Source: the human T2T-CHM13v2.0 reference genome, Homo sapiens. From it: a stretch of DNA of 64,000 bases. The DNA lies in assembly GCF_009914755.1 (NCBI RefSeq), contig NC_060925.1; one strand, 5' to 3'. This document shows positions 33,518 through 64,000 of the stretch, piece by piece (position 1 is the stretch's first letter; each line of letters opens with the position of its first letter). Both the position numbers and the translations under genes were made by a program. The notes under the pieces are model-generated. The model worked only from the letters and a program-made list of their open reading frames with translations, was not told the origin of the DNA and did no database searches.

Positions 33518-34458
33518 CGTAGGGTCTCAGAAAACAATACCCTGAAATGAAGGCCTCCCTCGGAAGCAAACATTTCTCTCTGACCTTCTCCTGCCCTCCT
33601 GTCTCTGGTCCCTTATTCTCCCCCAAGGCTAGCTATAAAAACTACAATCCCTCTTCACCAAAAGCCTGCCCTAAAACCTAAAAATATTACTCTAACTTTC
33701 CTCTTTCTTTCTGTGTAAAATTGGCCATAGGAAATTATTTGACCTTTGTCTGATTGTAGGTCAGAAGACCCCCATCCAGAGAGAGTCCTGCGCCATATGA
33801 GGAAGGAAGGAATGCTGCGCAGAGAGGCCGAAAAGAATCTTGACAGACAGGCCTCGCTGGGTTCCCCACTCAGTCTATCAGCATTAGATCAGGCTCTTTT
33901 GTCCAACCGTATTTCTACACGGCCATCCATACTTTGTTGAACTGAAGCCTAAAAATGGACAGTTTCTCCTGTATCTTTGGGTCTTCATTCTGAAGGTTCT
34001 TGTATCTCATAAAACCATGGTCAAATAAATTTGTGTATTTGTTTGCCTTTTCTCCTATTAATCTGCCTCTTTTTTTTTTTTTTTTTTTTTTTGAGACAGA
34101 GTTTCACTCTTGTTGCCCAGGCTGGAGTGCAGTGGTGCGATCTTGGCTCACTACAACCTCCGCCTCCTGGGTTCAAGCAATTCTCATGCCTCAGCCTCCC
34201 AAGTAGCTAGGATTGCAGGCATGCGCCACCACGCCCAACTAATTTTGTATTTTTAGTAGAGACGGGGCTTCACCATGTTGGTCGGGCTGGTCTGGAACTC
34301 CTGACCTCAGATGATCTGCCCTCCTTGTCCTCCCAAAGTGCTGGGATTACAGGCATGAACCACTGCACCTGCCCAGCCTTAATCTGCCTCTTCTTGATGA
34401 TTTTCAGTGAGCCTTCAGTGAGCCTTCAGTGAGCACGGGGAAGTCCCTATAACCTGCA
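33518..34458 (+). mobile_element. ERV1 solo LTR, MER39-like, interrupted by an Alu (-, 34070-34377; TSD ttaatctgcctct)
   Basis: Starts (c/t)gtagggtctcagaaaacaataccc; internal aataaa at about 34024; 3' end ttttcagtgagccttcag...ggggaag is typical of MER4-group LTRs. Subfamily from memory. Confidence 0.65.
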
Positions 34459-34736
34459 ACTAAAGCATTTAAATTTTGCCTCAGGCTCTGTTTTCTGGAG
34501 AACCAGAACAACAACACATTGAACCTGTTCTTGAAGGACCAGCTCAGGGCTGGCTTTCCATGGAGTCCACATTGGGAAATGGTGGTGTCGAGAACTCCTT
34601 TACTGGGACCTAAGCCTAGCCCTGCCATTGCCTCCTACCAGGGGTCCTGTTCATTCACACTCAACCCTCATCTCCAGGAAAAAAAGGCTGAATGAAACCC
34701 CGGCTCCTTTGAAGAACAGGAAGAGAGCATTGTGCA

Positions 34737-34742
34737 TTTATT
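34737..34742 (-). terminator. TRIM63: TRIM63 polyadenylation signal AATAAA
   Basis: TTTATT on the plus strand, about 540 nt past the stop codon. Confidence 0.85.
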
Positions 34743-34990
34743 AAAACAACATATAACACAAACTCAGTTACCACCCCGTATGTCTGGGATAGACACTGAA
34801 ATACAGCACATCGTCCCTGTGAGTGCTACCCCATCCTCCTGCTCAGGAAAGGAAGTGGGCAGCTGTATCAACCTGGCTTCCTTCCCCTCTTTCTGACAAT
34901 CGCAGGTCACCCAATGACCAGGCATTATTATACAAAAGTTCCTTTACAAAAAGCACCAAATTGGCATACATATACAAGTATATACAAAAA

Positions 34991-34997
34991 TCACATT
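34991..34997 (-). promoter_or_regulatory. miR-23a/b seed site (AAUGUGA) in the TRIM63 3'UTR
   Basis: TCACATT on the plus strand; miR-23a repression of MuRF1 is established. Confidence 0.7.
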
Positions 34998-35276
34998 TTA
35001 AAAATGTACAAAATATTCCATTTTGCACCAATGTAGAAAAGTGTCCTGTGTGATTGTTTCAAGCACGTTTCCAATTCTGGTTCAGTGTCTGCTGGACGCA
35101 GCGGTGAGGGTCCTACCCTAGTCCCTGCTCTCTGAGCAGAGAGAAGACATCACCTCCCCATTGCCCCTCCAGGGGCCCCGACCCCTCCCACCCTGGGCCT
35201 GTCACCAAGGCCGCTGGGCCCCTCCCCACCCTCTCCAGTCTCTCTGCATCTGGGGGCCTCTCATTCATCCAGCTCC

Positions 35277-50939
<15,663 letters not shown>

Positions 50940-51058
50940 CTACTAACTTTGCTCTAAGTAGACCTGGGGGTCTTGCCTTTGTCACAAAACACCGGGTCGG
51001 ATCCTGTTGGCTTCCTTCTCCTGGTGCCCGAATTCTGTCTTGGTCTGAGGCCCCTCTG

Positions 51059-51244
51059 ATATTTATAGCTAGATCTTGGTCACATGAGCCCCAGGAGGGG
51101 ACCAGCTGAGCATTCCGATGCCAAGCGGCTGGTGGGGCTTGAGTTTCCTCCAGGCCTGAAAGACTGGCCCTCTCAAATCACATGCAGGGATGAGCAATCA
51201 CTATTCTGCTGGGACGGGGGTCATAAACAAGAACAGCCTGTTCA
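51059..51244 (-). promoter_or_regulatory. TRIM63: TRIM63 proximal promoter: TATA/MEF2-like CTATAAATAT (51068-51059), M-box TCATGTGA (51087-51080), E-boxes (51103, 51179), FOXO site ATAAACA (51223-51229) abutting a near-perfect GRE AGAACAgccTGTTCA (51230-51244)
   Basis: Motifs read directly from the sequence. They agree with the established GR/FOXO1, myogenin and MiT/TFE control of MuRF1. Confidence 0.85.
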
Positions 51245-51402
51245 GAGGCAGGCTTAGGGCAAGACTGGGTACCCAGAGCTTCCTCCAGAAATTGGTCTCC
51301 CCCCGGCACCAGGCTAGTGGGTCAGGGATGGGACCCAGCAAGTGAGCCACGGGGATTCAAGGGGTTAATAGCCAATGCTATGATGAAAATGTTCGATGAA
51401 TG

Positions 51403-53210
<1,808 letters not shown>

Positions 53211-53789
53211 CTCCAGTAGCTGTTTTTAAGGTAGCATCTAATGAAAGGACTGTGGGGTCATCTGGTCCAAGGCGATGGGGCAGAGATATGGAGCAGTGGT
53301 ATCAGGGCCCAAGATGAGCCTAAGAGGCTGTGGAATACTCAGGAGGAGTATGAAGGATTTCAGGAAAGAGGAATGATGGGAGCAATGAGACAAGACATAG
53401 AGCAGAGAAGCAAACCTTGGAAGAGAGGAAATGGGAGAAGAAGAGGGACAAGTTACAGAAAAAAGAAGAGGCCTTAAAAACAAAGGGCTGGAGGATTTCG
53501 AGGAGAGAGTTGTCCCCCCAAAATTTTGCTGAGCACTTAGGTTTTGCTGAGCACTTACTATGTGCTATGCATTGTGCTAAATGCTTTGTATGCATTATTT
53601 CATTTTACCATCTCAATAGCCAATAACAAAAGACCCATAATATCCCCATTCCACAAGTGAGGAAACTCAGGCACACAGGTAAAATAACTTGTATGAGGTC
53701 CCACCGATAGCACGAGGTGGCTCTAGGACATGAACCCAAATATGCTTGACTTAGGAACCCAAGCTCCTCATGTAGACTCTATTGAACTG

Positions 53790-54325
53790 TGTTTAGGTCA
53801 AGTCAACACTGACTGAAAAAAGGCCACTTCTTCTTCCTTGCTCATGGGACCTCAGTTTAGTTCAGGCATTGGCAGCATTGTGCTCCAGGAAGATGGCCCT
53901 CTCCACTGCCTCAGGAGATGAGTCACACACAGTTTAAGCCTATCATACAACCCCATTCTCTTTTGCCTAATGATGCAGTTATGGTCAATGAGACCCAAGG
54001 ATATGTCTGTTGGCTAAAGATAAAGGATTTCCTCCACAATAAAAATGAATGTGCAAGAAGAAAGCTTTGTCCATACCTTTGAATGGGGCTGTGAGAGGGT
54101 AGAGCAGCTATCTTGCAACCACAAGGGGACAAGGCTGAGGATGATGTCAACACCCTGAGGATAGCATAGAGGAACCATAGGAGGCACCTGGGTTAGAGAT
54201 GCCATCATTTTGTTGCCAATTTATCCAACCCTAGAGCTGCCTGTCTCTTGACTACTTAAGACGTGAGATTACAAATGCCATTATAGTGTAATTACTCTGT
54301 TACTTGAAGCAGTAAGCACCTCATA
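53790..54325 (+). mobile_element. Old MaLR LTR (MLT1J/K-like)
   Basis: gcagctatcttgcaaccac...gaggaaccataggaggcacctggg...ctgttacttgaagc. Confidence 0.55.
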
Positions 54326-54798
54326 AACCTGCATGATTCCGACTCCCATATGCTGATGATTCTCAACTCTCTAATTCCAGTTCCGACTTCTCCTCTCTCC
54401 CCTAAGCTAAAGATTTGTTGGAGATTTCTACTGGGATGTTCTAATAGTATCTCAAATTCATCATACTCCAGCCAGAATACACCATCTTCCCCGATACCTA
54501 GCTCCTCCCTCCATTTTTCTTGTCTCGCATCTTAGTGAACAGCACTACTGTCCACCCATTTGCACCAACCAGGAAGCTGAGAGTCATCTTAGGGCTCCCT
54601 CTTCTTCTCATCACATGCCTACTTAATCTCTGTGTCAGGCATGGCCCATCTTTGCATCTCACTTGCCGTATTACCATCGTCTGCTTGTGAGTCCGACTCT
54701 CTCTCTGGACTTTGAAGACATTGAGGGCAAAGATGGTCTCTATTCATCTCTGTACCCCCAATGCCTGGTACCTAGTAGGCACTCAACAAATGTTTCTT

Positions 54799-55486
<688 letters not shown>

Positions 55487-56589
55487 GTTTTTTTTTTTTT
55501 GTTGTTGTTGTTTTTTTTGGCTGAGTTGGTGCAGCCAATGGAAAAAAAGTACTGGAGATGGGGTTTTGGGGATGATGGAGTAAATTCTAAAGCCTTGGGA
55601 AAGAGAGGGACGCTCCAACCTTTGAGTTGGAAGGATGGAAGGAGAGGAATGGATGGAGGTGTTGGGAGGTGGAGAGAAAGGTGTTCATATTTGATGACCT
55701 TGATCAAGAGAGCATTGAGGTCAACTTCTGAGGCTTAGGAATCAGTGGTGAAAAAGATTTGGACTGGCCAGTGTGGAACACAACAGGAAGTGCCCTGGAG
55801 AGAAATGGAAGGATTGTCTAGGGGCAGAAGAGCCTTGCTGATGTTTCCCAGTACTGATGTGTCATTTGTGAGGAGCCATTCACATGGCCCTGTTGACTTT
55901 CTCCAGCCGCACTTGGCAGTCCAGGTGCAGATGCCAAACAAATGGACAGTGGGATCGATTCCAGCCGGGGCGCTGGCAAGGCCAGTGCTGCTGAAAGTCA
56001 AGGGGTGAGGAAGGGAAATTCCCACGTGGGCTGTGCTGGACATCAAAACATGTCATTTAATCCTCACCATAGTCCTGCAGGGGAGGTTTTATGATCTTCG
56101 GGTTTTTTCCCAGGAGGAAATGAGGCTCAGAGAGTTAATTGGCTTAGCCAGAGTCACACAGCCACAAGTGGCAGAGCCGAGCTGGGGTTCATATCCACGG
56201 CAGCCTGATTCTTCAACCTGTGCTCCCCTCACTGGAGGATTTACTGAGCGCTTATTATGTTCAGGCATTGTGCTAAGTCCTTTCCATCCATCCTCCCGTT
56301 CAGTCCTCCAAATAACTTGGTACAGCAGGGATCATAATTTTCCCTGTTTTGCAGGTGAGCTTCAGAGGCTCAGTGAGGATAAGTCACACAGACAAAGTCC
56401 CCCAGCAGTGGGTAGCAGAGCCAGCATCAGAATCAGGAAGTTATAAACCAGCATCATTACAGTTATGAGAACATACCGTAACACTATAGTACTGGCAGAT
56501 GAAGAGACAATTACGGAACACCAGTGGGTGTCTGGACCCAGAGCTCTTAACCACTATATTTACTGCCTCCCTCTCTGCAAGTCACTTCA

Positions 56590-58713
<2,124 letters not shown>

Positions 58714-60129
58714 CTATGTTTTTGTTTTTTTTTTAATTGTCTCTAGAAAGGGAACTTTTCAGAGATCTGAGATTTTTTTGATGCCTCTTGGTTCAGAGGA
58801 GAAAACCCTGGCCTAGGGCCCAGACACCTGGGTTCCATCTCCATCTCTGTTGGAGACCTGAAATGTGATGCCCTGCAAACCATACCCACCCTCAGTTTCT
58901 TCATCTGCCAAATGGAGCATCTACAGGAGATGATCCTGAATGGTCCTTCCACATCCCCAGTGGCCAAGTTCTCAGAGGAGTGCTCCGGTGATGACACAGG
59001 CCCAAGGGGTGGTGATGCTGGAGAGGAAACAACTGTCCATCTCCCCTTTCATGTCCACATAGTTCAGGCTTGTGGAAGTGCTTCCCTGGTACATCATGGA
59101 GCAGATCTTTTTCACATGTGTGTACCTGTTCTCCCTCATTTCCTCCCTAGGAGTGTGAGGTCTGCCCTGCCTTGCTCTGCATTTCCCCTCAAGCCTCTGC
59201 TTGGAGCACCCTCAGGAAGTGGAACAGGCGTGGCACAGGGACTGTTTTTTTCTTATGGTTTAAGATCCGTATCACATGCTTTGATGTCATCCTCATTGAA
59301 GAATCATCCCAAATCACAGGATCAAACCAATGGGTCATTTGATCTAGTGGCTAAAGCTGGAGCAGTTGGCAGAGGCAGGTCTATGGGGTCTGGGACATGA
59401 AGCAGTGCCCTCAGTGCCAGGGCAAAGTCCACTGGGCCTGGCCTGCATGCCACAGAAGGGGAGCAGAATGTCCCAGGACCTACTCACTCATGGCCTGGGC
59501 TGGGAGCCACACAGGCCTCCTCCCACTGTCCCCAGGACCAGATAATGCTTGTGGACAGCTACAAAGGCTCTGGGGAGTGGGTGGTCTTTAGAGAAAGGGA
59601 CTGCCCCAGGGCAAATGGAGGCAAGTAGGGTCAGGAGGGGGCTCTGCACTGATGATCCTGAAATGAAGTATTGAAAGTGCTTTATAAACTGTGCAACATA
59701 TAAACTGTGAAATGCAATAAATCCTTACTATAAGAACCTAAGAGTGCAGAGCAACAAAGAGGCTGCCCCAGGACGGATGGATCTGAGTTCAAGTTTTGAC
59801 TTCTTCACATATCAGCTCTTTTATCTTGGGCAGGTTACGTGACCTGTGTGTGTGAGTTTCCTCATCTATGAAATGACAATTGGGTAGAGTAATGATGTCT
59901 GTGGGCATTTCTAATCCTGAGAGTCAAGGGTTCCTAGTGACTATCCTCCCCCAGCATTCTATGCCTTGCTGAAAACTGATGGCACAGAAGTGGGAGTCCA
60001 TTTGCACAGGCACGTAGCACACGTTTGACACATGGCAGACACTTAACAAACGCTGTTAACATTATCACAGTTGGGAATAACACGGGTTAGCATTTACTGA
60101 ACAGTTAGTATGGGTAACCCCATGGCTTG

Positions 60130-60573
60130 CGTACCATCTGTTGTTGCATAACAAATTATCCCAAAATGTAGCAGCTTAAGACAATAGTAAACATTTATTA
60201 TCTCATACAGTTTCTATGGGTCAGGAATTCAAGAGCAGCTAAGCTGGGTGGTTCTGGATCTGGTCTCTAAGGAGGTTGTAGTCAAGATGTTGGCTGGGGC
60301 TGGGCGCGGTGGCTCACGCCTGTAATCCCAACAGTTTGGGAGGCTGAGGCAGGAGGATTGCTTGATCCAAGAGTTTGGGACCTGCGTGGGCAACACAAGG
60401 AGACCTTGTCTCTACAAAAAAAAAAAAAAATTACCTGGGCATGGTTTTGCGTGCCTGTAGTCCTAGCTACTCAAGAGGCTAAGGTAGGAGGATTGCTTGA
60501 GCCCAGGAGGTCAAAACTGCAGCAAGCTGTGATAGTGCCACTCCAGCCTGGGCAACACAGTGAGACTCTGTCT

Positions 60574-60660
<87 letters not shown>

Positions 60661-61025
60661 CTGGGGCTGCAGTTGAGTTTAGCAGAATGCTTGACTGGAG
60701 CTGGAGGATCCACTACCAAGATGGCACACTCATGGTTGGCAAATTGGTGGGAGGCCTCAGTTCCTCAGTACACATACCTCTCCATAGGGCTGCTTGAGCA
60801 TCCTTATAACATGGCACTGGCTTCCCCCAGGGCAAGTGATCCAAAAGAGCAAGACAAAAGTGGTACTATCTTTTATGACCTAGCCCCAGAAGTCACACAC
60901 TATCATTTCCATTGTATTCTACTGGACACACAGACCAACCCTGATACAGTACGGGAGGCAACTGCACAGGACCTGATTACCAGGAGGCAAGAATTATTGA
61001 GCTGTATCTTGGAGGCTATCACAGT
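60130..61025 (-). mobile_element. MLT1F-like MaLR LTR interrupted by an Alu (+, 60297-60608)
   Basis: gcataacaaattatcccaaaatgtagcagcttaagacaa...ttttatgacctagccccagaagtcacacac; family from memory. Confidence 0.7.
60575..60658. repeat. Alu tail A34 followed by a (TA)25 microsatellite
   Basis: Counted directly: A 60575-60608, TA repeat 60609-60658. Confidence 0.95.
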
Positions 61026-61157
61026 CTGTTCTAAGTGTTTTATAGGTATTAATTCATGTGTTAATTCATGACATTGATACCACTACCATCCCCATTTTAC
61101 AGATGAGAAAACTGAGTCACACAGAGATTAGGTGACTTGCTTAAGGTTACACTTCTA

Positions 61158-62650
<1,493 letters not shown>

Positions 62651-63099
62651 ATGAGGCTTTGCACTCAGAGGGTTCAGGATTTGACTTCAGAGCGCTGACT
62701 GTTTAGCCCTTGTTCTTAACCTTTCCCTCTTTCTCCGGGACAAACACAGGCCCTGGCGCCCCCTGATTCCCGCCTGGCCCGTTTGCTGGGTGAGAGGCTC
62801 TTTTCACTGACAGTGAGGCCCTACGTGCCACTGGGAAGACTTGGAAACAGGACTGGGGGAAGCCTCTGGGGCAAACTCCAAGTCCAAGGATTCAGTGCTG
62901 GCCCAGATGTTCCTTTGTTTATACCCCTGGGAGACAGTCTTGGGGGCTCAGCTGCCCACCCCACCTGGCCTGCCGCTCCCCACCCCCACAGCTTGAACCT
63001 GGGGTTTGCCACACACACCCTCAGGGACTATCCAGATCATAAACAGTGAGCAGGAGGAAAACAAACTATATTTAAAACAGCAGTTGCTTCACAAACAAA

Positions 63100-63975
63100 G
63101 CTGGTGGGGGGAAAACACTAGAAACATGAAAAGACCAAATGTCAAAATCCATAATACGTTAAAATTTTAAGAATAAGCAAAAGATATAAAATGGCAATTC
63201 ACAGAAGAATAAATGTCAATGTCCCCAAAAACAAAAGCGAAAAAAAGTGCTTATCCCCACTAATTTAAAAATATCACATTAAAACCACAATAAAATCTGA
63301 TTTTTCTTTGATCCAATAGACAAAAGTATTAAAGATTAATAATATCCAAGCTCGGTGAGGGGTAGGGACATGGGCACTGGCACTGCTCTTGGCCCTGGGG
63401 GAGCAGGAGAGTGCAATCTGACAAAGAAAAATGTTAACAATACATACATGTGACTCAGCAATTATATTCTGAGGACTCTATCTTATCAAAAGACTAGAAA
63501 GATAACAGAAAGATATAATTAGATAGATAGATACAGATATGCAGATATAGAGAGCTATTTACACACCAGGACGTTTTTGCAATTTTGTTTGCAGTAGCAA
63601 AACCTTGGAAACAGCCCAAATGTCCATCAATGGGACAAATAAATAAATTGCCGTATAGTCACCTAGTGGAATATTATACAGAATTAGAATAAACAAATCT
63701 TGCCACACGTAACAACATGAGGGAAGCTCATAAATAGAATGTCAAGCAAAAGAGGACATCCTGTATAATTCTGTTTATATAAACTTTGAAAAAGGCAAAA
63801 CGAATCTGAGCTGTCAGCATTCAGGATGGTGGTTATCCTTGAGGAGGCCAGAAGGAAGCATGGAGCCCCTGCGAGTGCTGGTGATGGCCTGTTTCTTGAC
63901 CTGGGTGTGGGTGATGCAGGTATACTCACTCTGTGAAAATGCCTTGAATTGTACACTTAGGAATTGTGTACTTAT
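63100..63975 (+). mobile_element. Old L1M (L1MC/ME-like) 3' region
   Basis: A-rich; ttggaaacagcccaaatgtccatcaatggga...gtggaatattatacag. Confidence 0.7.
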
Positions 63976-64000
63976 TTTGTTTTTTTGAGACAGGGTTTCA

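Noticed and set aside
34403-34434. 11-bp x3 tandem repeat that could suggest a CRISPR-like array
   Set aside because: No spacers; it is an expansion inside the LTR 3' end in a human genome.
53524-53557. 16-bp direct repeat ttttgctgagcactta x2
   Set aside because: Simple slippage at the edge of a MIR-like fragment; two units only, not an array.
60358-61071. 237-aa ORF with poly-K and (YI)n
   Set aside because: Alu plus A tail plus (TA)n plus MLT1 LTR; composition artefact.

Overview
Human genomic DNA (Alu/MIR/L2/L1/LTR-rich; the proteins match human sequences as I recall them), recognisable as the chr1p36 EXTL1-SLC30A2-TRIM63 locus. I reconstructed three complete multi-exon genes by hand from GT-AG junctions and reading-frame arithmetic. 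EXTL1 (+) has 11 coding exons, 6046-18749, 2031 nt = 676 aa. SLC30A2/ZnT2 (-) has 8 coding exons, 29297-22562, 1119 nt = 372 aa, and converges on EXTL1. TRIM63/MuRF1 (-) has 9 coding exons, 50900-35277, 1062 nt = 353 aa. Most other ORF-track entries are Alu-derived, antisense or GC-rich artefacts. I see no new protein-coding gene, RNA gene or prokaryote-style system. The best candidates for undescribed biology are: (i) latent alternative C-termini of MuRF1 (an intron-7 stop followed by AATAAA, and an exon-8 alternative frame that turns the acidic tail into a poly-basic tail and escapes NMD); (ii) up to four short templated local duplications in and around TRIM63, one inverted and next to the exon-3 acceptor; (iii) a MiT/TFE M-box/CLEAR + ARE cluster beside a MER39-like LTR between SLC30A2 and TRIM63; (iv) loss of the DxD motif in the EXTL1 GT64 domain; (v) no canonical poly(A) signal for SLC30A2. 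Repeat boundaries and subfamily names are by eye and approximate.
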